A stretch of 64,000 nucleotides of DNA. Origin: Yuukianura sp. NJ FZ-2021. Taxonomy: Eukaryota. The notes under the pieces were generated by a model. The model made no database searches and was not told where the DNA came from. It was given only the letters and a program-made list of their open reading frames with translations. Location of the stretch: the NCBI GenBank assembly GCA_046563655.1, contig JAJCTO010000010.1, positions 434,001 through 498,000 of the forward strand. The letters are read 5' to 3'. Both the position numbers and the translations under genes were made by a program. Of this stretch, positions 1 to 10,217 are shown in pieces (positions within the stretch are counted from its first letter, which is position 1; each line of letters opens with the position of its first letter).

Positions 1-841
1 TTAACACTTGCGTGCACATTTGCACAACTGAAATAAACAGGGAAAAAAAAACAGGTTTTACTGTTTGCACAATTTTAAAATATAGATTTTTTATGCACAA
101 TTTTATGCTTTTGATGTTTCCTAGGAAACGATTCGTTTCATGAAATGTTTGTTAAGATGTGTCCACTTTTATGAATTTTAAAAAACAAAAATCTCAGTTC
201 GTTTCCAGTTTCCGACTTGTACGGAAGTGAAAAAATCTTGTCCACGAAAGGTTAATTAAAAAGTTCTTTTAAGAACTAAGCTGAACGAACTTACCCAAAA
301 ATGGGACGCTGGGAATGTGAACAATGTCTGCGAAAGTTACAATCTAATCAAAGGAAGCACGTTTGTGATGGGAAATCGATTTGCACAAGGTGTTATGTGA
401 CTCTGCGTGAAGCTTCAGGCTCTATTGGTCGAAAGTTAAGAATTGGTAAGTTCAAAAATACTCGAGAATGTTAAATTATGGAAATGAAGTTGCGGATTTC
501 GAATCATTATTGACTTTTTCTTTGCTGTAGCCATTGCTTCCAGCAAACCTATTTTGCCAGTTCGGCCAATCACAAGAAGCCAAGCCAATTTTCACAATAA
601 TGAGGAAAATGAAGATATCGAAGAAAATGCTTCCATGGACATTGACAGCCAACAGTTCTCCGCTCATTCCCAAGGTATAAAATGAAAAATCTGTTCTTTG
701 TGTTGGAAATACTGTATGTCAAAGTACTAAACTTTACAATTTCTTTTCAGATGTTTCACTTCCCGACTCAAACCAACCCATGTCGCCATCTTCGGGAGAA
801 GACAGTTATGACCATTCTCAACTTTCGAATTTTTCTACACT

Positions 842-1039
842 TGTAATGTACGTAAGAAACTACGTAATTATAGAAACTAGTTATTTCCAGTTTAGGCATC
901 ATTGCTGATGCAACTTTCCTCCCACCTTTCTTAGCACGTAAGTCTTAGCTATAAAAGCTCGAGCTCTCTCAAGCACTTCATTCTATTCTCACATAGAATC
1001 GGCCCAATAAACACACACTCTTCTTTTCCATACACCACA
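842..1039 (+). repeat. 5' LTR (198 bp)
   Basis: TGTAATGTAC...CACCACA, identical by eye to 5339-5536. Contains TATAAAA and AATAAA. Confidence 0.97.
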
Positions 1040-1044
1040 CATTT

Positions 1045-1054
1045 TGGCGACGAG
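1045..1054 (+). promoter_or_regulatory. Primer-binding site TGGCGACGAG (tRNA-Ser type)
   Basis: Lies just 3' of the LTR. Complementary to a tRNA 3' end ...CUCGUCGCCA as in tRNA-Ser(GCU). Confidence 0.8.
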
Positions 1055-1119
1055 AGTAAAAGCCCAAAACTCATCCCTCTTTTCCAGCAATACTTGCCCA
1101 ATTATTCCAGGACAATAAC

Positions 1120-4100
1120 ATGGCCACTGCTATTGTTGGAACCCTAAAACCCTTCGATTCATCAAGCGATGATTTTGAAGATTGGGTGGATGTCTATAAG
1201 TCATTCCTCGTAGCGAATGGACTTAGCTCAGAATCCACTGACGCGGACGTGCAAAAGAAACGCGCCGGCATTTTTCTTTCGTCCCTAGGCATATCCACAT
1301 ATTCCTTGCTAGTGAATCTGCTATCACCAATTTCACCACTCAAGGCGGAGCTTAAGACCTTGATCACAACCCTGCAGAATCACTTTAAACCAGCCCCTAA
1401 AGCCCTCGCAGAGAGATACAAATTCTCATTACGGAAACAGCGCCCAGGCGAATCCGTATCCGCATTTCTCGCAGCCCTGCGAAAAATGGCAATCACGTGC
1501 AAGTTTGGTACCAACCTCCCAAACCACTTAAGAGACCAATTTATCTTTGGCTTAACAAGCGAGCGTGCCCAGAAGGCGGTTTTCACTAAAGAGGATGAGG
1601 TGACCTTGGAGGAGGTTCTCAAGGTCGCGGTGTCGCACGAAGCTGCGGATACCAGTGCAATGGTTATACGTAATCCAAACACCTCAGAGGTAAATTTCGC
1701 GTCCACGGCACGTCGCCCATTTCAGACACCACATCGTGGTAGGGGGCGTGGCCGGGGTGGCCCACAGAGGGGTAGCGCCCAATCACGACCTTCTGGAGCC
1801 CAGCCCTCCAGAAATGGTCAATGTCCAAACTGCGGCTCCAAGGCCCACAGTACCGCTCGCGACTGTCCACACAAGGACGCAGAGTGCTTTGCATGTGGCA
1901 AACGTGGCCACTTCAAGAAAATGTGCCGGAATGGCAGGAAACCCCACACAACCCACACGGTAGGTCAGGACACTTCGGAGAACTACGTCTCGAATGTGAA
2001 CACCGTACGGCAAGGTCCCTCTTTGGACGCCGAGTACACGATCTTGGTCAAGATCAACGGGGTAAACCACGTCATGGAACTTGACAGTGGATGCAAAACA
2101 AGTCTCCTAAGTGAGGACTTCTGGCGGAACTCCCTCGGATCGCCGCCCCTACGGAAATCGAGTCAAGTCTTCCGTACCTTCACAGACGAAAAGTTCAAAC
2201 CTCTCGGGGAACTAGAGGTCAAGGTGAACTATCAGGGTATTTCACGCAATTACACATTTGCAGTTTCAAAAGGTAAGAGTCTCTTTGGCAGAGATCTTAC
2301 ACGGCTCTTTGGAATGGAGATAACACTTGTCGACCAGTCCCGCTGTCACAATGTATCCCCCAATTTGCCCAAGCAATGGACGCTTAACGCTCTACTAGAC
2401 GAGTACGCAGACGTTTTCGGTCCGGTTAACGGGACTATCCATGGATTTAAAGCAAATGTCATTCTGAAAGACAATGCTGTCCCAAAATTTTACAAAGCCC
2501 GTCCCATACCCTTCGCTCTCCGCAGCAAGGTAGACGCGGAATTAGATACAATGGAGAAGACAGGCGTCATTTCGCGAATCGAACATTCCGATAGGGCCTT
2601 TCCAGTTGTTGTTGTTCCCAAAGCAAATGGACGTGTACGCATTACCGGAGATTTTAAGCACACGGTCAATGCCCAGCTGAACGTTACCCAATACCCTTTA
2701 CAGCGCGTGGAGGAACTGTTCTCACTTGTCTCAGGAGGTGAAACATTCTCACGACTTGATGGCCCAGATGCATTCCACCAAGTGGAATTGGAGGACTCAT
2801 GCAAGTCCTGCCTCGTCATAAACACACACCGTGGACTGTATAGATACAATGTCTTGCCCCAAGGCATTGCCTCATCCCCAGCGATCTTTCAAGAATTCAT
2901 GGATACACTCTTGAAATCTATACCCATGTCCGGTTCCTTTATGGACGATTCAGTTTGTAGCGGTCGCACGGAACGAGAGCACCTACAAACTCTGGCCATG
3001 ATACTGCAGCGAATGCGAGAGGCAAATTACCGGCTATCCAAGCCCAAATGCCAGTTTTTGAAAAAGTCCCTGGACTACGTTGGCTTCGTTCTCACGAAAG
3101 CCGGGATACAGACATCCCCAGACAAAATCAAAGCCCTCTTGTCCATTCCCAAACCCTCAACCGTCACTGAGGTAAAGTCATTCCTTGGTTTGGTAAATTT
3201 CTACGGCAAATTTGTACCTTTCCTTTCCGACAAATGTGAGCCCCTGTACCGTCTAACGAGAAAAGACGTACCATTTGTCTGGACCAAAGCCTGCCAAGCA
3301 GCATTTGAAGAAGTCAAACACGCACTGTCTTCATCTAAAGTCCTAAGTCACCACAATCCAAGCCTTCCTATTGGTATTAGCTGCGATGCTTCCCAGAAAG
3401 GATTGGGAGTCGTACTATATCACAAGCTAAGCGACAATTCGGAGAAGCCCATCGCTTATGCCTCGAAAGTTCTCTCGCCAGCGGAGCAGAGATATTCCCA
3501 GATAGAAAAGGAAGCCCTAGCCATAGTTTTTCGTGTGAAAAAGTTTTTCCAATACCTTTGTGGTAGACATTTTGCGATTATTACGGATCATAAGCCCTTA
3601 CTGTCAATTTTTGGTCCTAATACCCAAGTCCCATCGTACACGGCGACTCGACTACAGAAATGGTCGCTATACTTGAGCCAGTTCAATTACGACATTTCTT
3701 ATCGCAAAACCTTGGATCATGGGAACGCTGACGCGTTGTCACGTCACCCAGTCAGCAGCAGTTCAGTGGAATCTGAATTTTCGTTCGAAAACGAAGTAAA
3801 TCTTGTGGCCTGCTCCACATTGGAAGTCTTACCAGTCACCGCGAAGTCAATACGCGACGCAACGAGCACGGATAAGTTGCTATCTACTGTTGTTTGGTAT
3901 CTCACAAGCACATGGCCATCGGATATTGGTAGATCCGACCCACTTTACCCATTTTACATCCGACGGATGGAATTAACCTTGGTTTCCAACATTCTCATGT
4001 ATGGAATCAGAGCAGTGATCCCTGGTGCACTTCAGAAAAAGATTTTAAAAGAGCTTCACGCAAGCCACATAGGGATTGTCCGAATGAAATCCTTAGCCCG

Positions 4101-5301
4101 ACAGTACGTTTGGTGGCCACAGATTGATCACCAAATAGAAGAGTTGAGTTATCGCTGCGGAAAATGCGTCCAGAACCGACCAAACCCTCCCAGTTCTCCT
4201 CTTCACCCTTGGGAATTTCCAGAGCGCCCATGGCAACGATTGCATATCGATTTAGCCGGCCCATTTTTTAATAAGATGTTCCTTATTATTACCGATGCAC
4301 ACTCCAAATGGCCTGAGGTCTACGACCTCCAGAATGATGCGACCTCCCTGTCCATTATTCATCGACTCCGAGAATCTATCTGCAGATTCGGAATCCCAGA
4401 TCAGATCGTATCTGATAACGGTAGGCAATTCACTTCCCAAGAGTTTCAGTCGTTTTGTAAGTCGAATGGCATACGACACTCTACCAGTTCGGTTTATCAC
4501 CCCCGCTCCAACGGTGAAGCGGAACGCTTCATCCAGACATTCAAGAAGGCTCTTAAGGCTTCAGAAGGAGATAAGAAGCTCGCGTTACAACGATTCCTAT
4601 TCACGTATCGCATTACCCCACATGCGACTACAGGAAGAGCCCCAGCCGAACTCCTGCAAGGACGTTCACTCAAAACACTGTTAGACCTGGTCCGCCCAGA
4701 CGTCAAACAGAATGTCGCACAGGCTCAGCTGCGACAGAAGGAAAACTATGACAAGAAAACTCGAATTCGTACATTCGCAGTTGGTCAAAATGTTTGGGTT
4801 AAAACATATTCCAAAACTGAACCCAAATGGTCCCCAGGAATTATTGTGAAACAGTTAGGTCCAGTCACCTACACAGTCAGAGCTTCCGGAAAAGATATAA
4901 AGCGACACACAGACCAGATTCTGTCCGCCCCAAAAACAGTCAATGACGACTATCTGCTCGATGAGACATCAGATGGCACTGTCTCAATGCCCACAGTAGA
5001 CCCACAGTCCCCTACGACTTCTACTAGCTCGCAAACACAATTAGATGGTGGTCAACCAGGAGAGACATCTCAGACGTCTCACGGAACTCCACAACCACAG
5101 ACAAGCTCCTCTCTTGCTACAACAATTGCTACATTGTTGAAGTCCCCGTCCAAAAATATAAAACACATTGTAATCAACATCGGAGCAAACGAATCTACTG
5201 GATCTGCAACAGGATCAGCGCAAGGATCAGCGCCTGCCTCAGGACCAGCATCCAGACCGAAGAGATCAAGCACACATTATGGAAAAAGTTATAAGTATTA
5301 G
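1120..5301 (+). CDS. gag-pol: Gag-Pol polyprotein (Gag, 2x CCHC, protease, RT, RNase H, integrase), 1393 aa
   Basis: CPNCGSKAH/CFACGKRGH knuckles; LDSG protease; LPQG and FMDD RT; CDAS/EKEALA/TDHKPL/ADALSR RNase H; HHCC, IDLAGP, SDNG and NGEAER integrase. Order PR-RT-RH-IN. Confidence 0.97.
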   Translation: MATAIVGTLKPFDSSSDDFEDWVDVYKSFLVANGLSSESTDADVQKKRAGIFLSSLGISTYSLLVNLLSPISPLKAELKTLITTLQNHFKPAPKALAERYKFSLRKQRPGESVSAFLAALRKMAITCKFGTNLPNHLRDQFIFGLTSERAQKAVFTKEDEVTLEEVLKVAVSHEAADTSAMVIRNPNTSEVNFASTARRPFQTPHRGRGRGRGGPQRGSAQSRPSGAQPSRNGQCPNCGSKAHSTARDCPHKDAECFACGKRGHFKKMCRNGRKPHTTHTVGQDTSENYVSNVNTVRQGPSLDAEYTILVKINGVNHVMELDSGCKTSLLSEDFWRNSLGSPPLRKSSQVFRTFTDEKFKPLGELEVKVNYQGISRNYTFAVSKGKSLFGRDLTRLFGMEITLVDQSRCHNVSPNLPKQWTLNALLDEYADVFGPVNGTIHGFKANVILKDNAVPKFYKARPIPFALRSKVDAELDTMEKTGVISRIEHSDRAFPVVVVPKANGRVRITGDFKHTVNAQLNVTQYPLQRVEELFSLVSGGETFSRLDGPDAFHQVELEDSCKSCLVINTHRGLYRYNVLPQGIASSPAIFQEFMDTLLKSIPMSGSFMDDSVCSGRTEREHLQTLAMILQRMREANYRLSKPKCQFLKKSLDYVGFVLTKAGIQTSPDKIKALLSIPKPSTVTEVKSFLGLVNFYGKFVPFLSDKCEPLYRLTRKDVPFVWTKACQAAFEEVKHALSSSKVLSHHNPSLPIGISCDASQKGLGVVLYHKLSDNSEKPIAYASKVLSPAEQRYSQIEKEALAIVFRVKKFFQYLCGRHFAIITDHKPLLSIFGPNTQVPSYTATRLQKWSLYLSQFNYDISYRKTLDHGNADALSRHPVSSSSVESEFSFENEVNLVACSTLEVLPVTAKSIRDATSTDKLLSTVVWYLTSTWPSDIGRSDPLYPFYIRRMELTLVSNILMYGIRAVIPGALQKKILKELHASHIGIVRMKSLARQYVWWPQIDHQIEELSYRCGKCVQNRPNPPSSPLHPWEFPERPWQRLHIDLAGPFFNKMFLIITDAHSKWPEVYDLQNDATSLSIIHRLRESICRFGIPDQIVSDNGRQFTSQEFQSFCKSNGIRHSTSSVYHPRSNGEAERFIQTFKKALKASEGDKKLALQRFLFTYRITPHATTGRAPAELLQGRSLKTLLDLVRPDVKQNVAQAQLRQKENYDKKTRIRTFAVGQNVWVKTYSKTEPKWSPGIIVKQLGPVTYTVRASGKDIKRHTDQILSAPKTVNDDYLLDETSDGTVSMPTVDPQSPTTSTSSQTQLDGGQPGETSQTSHGTPQPQTSSSLATTIATLLKSPSKNIKHIVINIGANESTGSATGSAQGSAPASGPASRPKRSSTHYGKSYKY

Positions 5302-5324
5302 TTACTGTAGGATAGTCTTTTCCT

Positions 5325-5338
5325 AAAAAGGGAGATAG
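5325..5338 (+). promoter_or_regulatory. Polypurine tract
   Basis: AAAAAGGGAGATAG immediately before the 3' LTR. Confidence 0.85.
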
Positions 5339-5536
5339 TGTAATGTACGTAAGAAACTACGTAATTATAGAAACTAGTTATTTCCAGTTTAGGCATCATT
5401 GCTGATGCAACTTTCCTCCCACCTTTCTTAGCACGTAAGTCTTAGCTATAAAAGCTCGAGCTCTCTCAAGCACTTCATTCTATTCTCACATAGAATCGGC
5501 CCAATAAACACACACTCTTCTTTTCCATACACCACA
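5339..5536 (+). repeat. 3' LTR (198 bp)
   Basis: Direct repeat of 842-1039, followed by TSD ACACT. Confidence 0.97.
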
Positions 5537-8249
5537 ACACTGATCAACACTGAGGCTTCAATTGAGTCGTCCCAAACATCAAGCCAAGGGAGTTCTCGAG
5601 AGATAAAAATGATTAACGTTCGAGGGATGAAATCTGCAATCAAAAGCCAGCGTCGGTGTTTTGTCTGCAAAAGGAGTTCAGGAAGGACCGTCATTGGGGA
5701 TGCTGCCATCAAAAACGCCTTTGCTAGAAAACAAATCAGAATTCCTAAAGGAAACCGTTGCTGCACAACAAATCTACAAAACGGATTACTTAATCAGGAG
5801 GCTCTGGATGGACTAGAAGCTCATAGTGACGACTCCCAATTGGACGAAACTGAAGTTTCTAACTGGATTTCTACCCTAACTAACCTAGCAATCGGTCCAC
5901 GTATCGATTTCGCTGAAAACTCCGACCTGAGCGATGCAGATTACAAGGTAAATGTTGATTCTTCTACAATGATGTTAAATATTAAATGATTTACCGTTTG
6001 AAGTTTGAGTATTTTTTATTTATTATGTCCCTTGTTTTAGATGCTAACAGGATTCCCGAAGCACGTGTTCGAAGACATCCTCAATCATTGTGGCACTATC
6101 AAGAACAGTTCTAATCGATCGAGACGTAATGCTGTTGGGATGCTTTTGATGCAGCTTAGAATGAACCTTACTCAAAGGCAACTAGCGTTTCTGTTCCGAG
6201 TGCCTAACATTTCAACAGTTAGCGACACTCTGGATTCCGTCCTGAAGGCGTTAGAGAAGACGTTTCTGCCGAAATATCTTGGGTTTGCGCATATCACGAG
6301 AAAAGAGCTTATTGCACATCACTCTGTCAAATCATTCAACAAGCTACTCCGCACTACCAATGACGAAGAGGAGGATGATAATGATGCTTACAGTAAGTTT
6401 GTCAATATATAACTATCCTTGGAGTTATATTTACAATCGTTTCCGTTTTTTTCTAGCTGGCGATGATGTACTTAAACTAAACTTCGACTGCACTTACTTG
6501 TATCATCAAAAACCAAGTGATTTTGAGCTACAGCGGAAAACTTATTGCGTGCACAAACGGCAAACCTGGTGAAGCCCATGATGGTTGTAACCGAAACTGG
6601 GTACATCCTCGAGGCTTCTGACGTTTATTACTCCGACGCTGAAAACAATGACGCCGCCATTCTTCGACACATAATGCAGAACGGGCCACTACTGGATTAC
6701 TTTGAAGTTGGTGATCGTGCAATCTTTGACCGGGGCTTCAGAGACGCAGTGGAATTTACCGAAGATCATGCCATTCACGCTCATATGCCACCACTCCTGA
6801 GCCGCGGAGCAAAGCAGTTTTCGGCCATAGATGGGAACACGGCTAGGTAATTACATTTAGTAATATCGCAACTTCAGCTCAAATAGTATTTTGCATAAAT
6901 ACGATATTGGTTCTTGAATTAATTTCAGACAAGTAACAATGATTCGTTGGGTGGTGGAGGCAGTAAATGGTCGTGTGAAGAAGAAGTTCAGTTTTTTCGA
7001 CGATGTCATTGAAGCTTCATATCTCCCAAAAATTGGACGTCTTTTCCGTTTAGCTTGTGCTTTTATCAACGCGTACGCTGGCCCACTCTTCACAGAATCA
7101 GAAGATCACACTCAACTTGTTGAAGCTGCAATCCTGAAACTTGGAGAAGAGAACAAGCTATTTCAATTGCTGGTTGCAGAAGATCTTTTACGAAGGCGTT
7201 CCGTTTGGACGGAGGTAGCAGATTCGGATGTCCCGCACTTCCCGAGGCTAACACCAAATGATCTGAAAACGTTTGCCCTTGGAGTATACCAACCGAAATT
7301 AGGCAAACTCTACGCCAGGCAGTATTTAGCCTCCTCGACTGACTTCAAGGTATAGTTTTTTCAACTAGCTATTTCGGCAAGGCGTAACGTCTTTCTACTT
7401 TTGTTTGCAGATTTTTATTCATCACAGCAAACCAAACTTGCTCAAATCGAAGATCCAGGCCAGGTTCAGCCGGAGGCGTCACTACAACGTTTGGATTGAA
7501 TACGAGGCTAACGGAGTTGGTCCTTCAGCTATAACCGGCTATTACTGCTGTTGTCGGTCTGGAGCTAGGACACTTGGTACTTGTTCGCATGTAGCATCCG
7601 TGCTTTGGTACCTCGGGTATGCGAGACACGATCCTGACCAGAAGACTGGAAATCTACGCGATCTCTGCAGTACCATTCTCAGCGCCACACAGAACATGAA
7701 TGACGAGGAAGATGGCAGTGACACTTCAGAGAATGAGGAAAACTAATGTGAACATTGTGCTTTCTTCAACTGAGCTAATTTACTTTTTTCAATCAGTTTT
7801 CCTTTCTTTTTTGCAAGCCGAGTAAGTCTAACTTAATTCTGATCTCATCTCCTTTCCTCTGTGGATGGGGTAAGCGGCTTGAATTAAGGTTGGGATCTCA
7901 CACTGACGTGTGAGAGCAGAGGAAAGGATAGCTAGGTTAGTTTAGTTTTAGTTAGCGTTAAGTTCTAATATATTCCAGTAAAGAAAAAATAAAAACTTGA
8001 ACATTCTAAAAATTCGCCATTTGTAATCTTTTCTTTCAGTTTCGACGTTGCCCAAACGGTTTGTATACAATGCACAATTCCGAAAGGAAATTGTGCAGCG
8101 CATACAAACCATTTGTATATTTTCACACAAGTTGCACATTTGTGAAAAAAACACCGGGTTTAAAACGTTTTATATCGTTATTAAGTGGGCCGGAGAAAAT
8201 ACAAACAAACAAATGGCACTGGGCCGGTTTTTCTACAGAAACCCGAAAC

Positions 8250-8745
8250 CATCCTTTGTTCAAAATTCTAAAAATTGTAAAATCAAAGCCAGGCACAGAT
8301 CACCACATCGAACTGATCACAATCAAACTAGAAATCAACCTCAACAAAAGCATAACAGTGACGTGCCTGTATCGGCCCCAAGCAAGACCTGGAACTCTAA
8401 TCAGAAACGATATTTCATTCATTTGTAAACTAATTCAAGAGATATACGACAAAAGCTCCTCATCCTATTGCTGTCGACTTCAGTTTTCTTCCCGGTAGTG
8501 AGTACAACAATTTCAAACGCTTTTTCCAAATTCATTCAGTCAGTCGACTAGTCACAGTCCCAACATGCAGCCAAAACATATTTGATTTCTTTCTCGCAAT
8601 AGTTCGAATGTGGTAACCTGCGATGTAATCGACTGTGATGTACCAGATCATTCTCTCGTTCTCGCTAAAATCAAATCACAACGTAATCAAGCAACGCCCA
8701 AACAAATTCGATGCAGAAACTTTAGTAACATAAACATGGAGAAGA
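8250..8745 (+). pseudogene. Non-LTR retrotransposon APE-endonuclease fragment (CR1/L2-like)
   Basis: IELITIKL...VTCLYRP, a degenerate xDF motif, and PDHSLV...KQIRCRNF, typical of a LINE ORF2 endonuclease end. Frameshifted and truncated. Confidence 0.65.
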
Positions 8746-8750
8746 AACAA

Positions 8751-9706
8751 GAGAAAGAAGGCCACAAGCGACTTTGCAAAAGACTTTGGAAGCTGCTAAA
8801 CAACTCGGCATTTGGGAAGACTATCGAACAAGTCAGGAAGCGTCAAAACGTTCGGGTGGTCACAACAATGGATAAGGCGTTGTACTATAACAAGAAGCCA
8901 ACGGTTCAGAATGTTATCCCAATCAACGAGACAACTTGTATTTTCATGATGAAACGACTACAAGTTACACTCAACAAGCCAATATTCACAGGAGTCACCA
9001 TCTTGGACTTGGCTAAGAGTGTCATGTACCGACATCACAGCGCCGGAATGCAAGCATAATATGGCGACAATTGCCGCCTGATTTACACTAATACACGTAT
9101 GTTACCTATTTATGAATTACTTTACGTGTTAATTGATGTATTACGAGTTTGTAACTTTATTTTATTTTAGATTCCTTCATCTATCAGATTCAAACGGATG
9201 ACGTATATCAGGACATGCTACAAGGCAAGGATCTCTACGACATGAGCGAGTATCCAGAAAATCATTCACAATTTGGAAGGTTTCACGATCCGACAAACAA
9301 AAAAGTACTTGGAAAATTCAAAGATGAAGCCGCTGGAGCGGTGATCACTCATGTGTATTGTCCCCGACCCAAAATGTACACTATCCGATCCCTAAAGGTG
9401 GCACAAATCGATGGGGAGTACCAGAAGAAGCCGGATGGTGAATGGCTCTTGAAGGATGAGTATACCAAGAAGGCAAAAGGAATAACCAAGACGGCAGTGA
9501 ATGGGCAAGTCAAGTATGAAGACTATGAACGAGTCCTCAAGGAGAATGTTCAGACTATGGTCACCATGCGTGGTTTCAGAAGCGTCGAACACCGAATTTT
9601 TACAGAGGTCACAATGAAGAAGGCTCTCAACGGGTTAGACACTAAAAGATATGCTGTAGATAGTATCAATACTCTAGCTTTTGGTCATAGAGATATTCCA
9701 AAATAA
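8751..9706 (+). pseudogene. polB: Polinton C protein-primed DNA polymerase B, 3' fragment with intron 9097-9170
   Basis: KLLNNSAFGKT, LNKPIFTG, GKFKDE, PKMY, KKAKGI and TLAFGH. Premature TAA at 9057-9059. YTNT|(H)SF is split by GTATGT...TTTTAG. Confidence 0.9.
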
Positions 9707-9799
9707 TTTTTATTATAAGATTAGAATAAATTTAAAATACTTGTATAATAAAAATTTTCTGTATATAAACCAAGTCATTTCTGAAGCTGAGGTTTAGTT

Positions 9800-9989
9800 G
9801 TCATTTGCTCTTTGTAAAATGAGTGTCTACTCTCGCTGTGGGAAATTATTTTCACGATTGGACGTTGCTAAACGTCACGAAAAAACTTGTTCAAAATGTC
9901 TTTCGGTTGAATTACTTTTGGATTCTCCCACCACCGCCGCCGCCACCACCGCCGCCGCTGCAAAGCCCTTGGACTCCACCGCCAATGGT
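9800..9989 (+). repeat. Thrice-present segment encoding a degenerate zinc-finger ORF (RCGKLFSRLDVAKRHEKTC) plus a GCC/ACC tract
   Basis: Repeated directly at 22958-23156 and inverted at about 35070-35259. Lies downstream of polB-C, so it is probably Polinton C sequence. Confidence 0.7.
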
Positions 9990-10076
9990 ATGGGCCGGTC
10001 TGTGTTATACTGAGGAGGAGGAGTGTGAGTATCGCTAAGCTCTTCGGCCGAGCGGACATATATATATATATATATA

Positions 10077-10217
10077 AGGAGCACTGTTGACGACCATGAG
10101 AAGTGGACAGGTGAAAATTTGCATGTTATTCAAATGATCTATTGGAATTACATCAAAAGTTGAAGGATATTTGCCGACAATTTTGGCAAGATAAGAATAA
10201 ATTTGTTGTGTATTCAT
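10077..10217 (-). pseudogene. Adenain-like cysteine protease, 5' fragment truncated at a (TA)n tract
   Basis: MNTQQIYSYL...FDVIP...PLLMVVNS matches the start of the Polinton B protease at 49129. Confidence 0.8.

Larger units (their letters stand above)
842..5536 (+). mobile_element. Full-length Ty3/Gypsy LTR retrotransposon (Mag-like)
   Basis: TG...CA LTRs, 5-bp TSD ACACT (837-841 and 5537-5541), PBS, PPT and a single gag-pol ORF. Confidence 0.97.
301..7746 (+). pseudogene. Spliced DDE_Tnp_4-type transposase with C-terminal SWIM zinc finger, disrupted by Gypsy insertion
   Basis: GT-AG exons join in frame: 301-445, 531-674, 751-841+5542-5947, 6041-6392, 6457-6846, 6929-7349, 7411-7746. Catalytic motifs FDCTY, FDRGFRD, RWVVEAVNG. 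SWIM CCCRSGARTLGTCSHV. N-terminal CxxC pairs. One 1-nt frameshift near 6562 (HKRQ/NLVKP). Confidence 0.85.
1..8244 (+). mobile_element. PIF/Harbinger-ISL2EU-like (PHIS group) DNA transposon; left end outside window, right end tentative
   Basis: Contains a DDE+SWIM transposase gene. TGCACAA-type motifs recur at 1-110 and 8070-8135. The sequence switches to LINE-like coding after ...GGGCCGGTTTTTCTACAGAAACCC (8244). The TIR cannot be confirmed. Confidence 0.55.

Noticed and set aside
1380..5273. Short antisense and overlapping ORFs within gag-pol, and similar ones within polB, integrase and capsid genes
   Set aside because: Shadow ORFs of long coding regions with no motifs.
8610..9059. 149-aa ORF as a LINE-polymerase fusion gene
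   Set aside because: A chance in-frame join at the duplication breakpoint (about 8751) between two fragments, ending at a premature stop.
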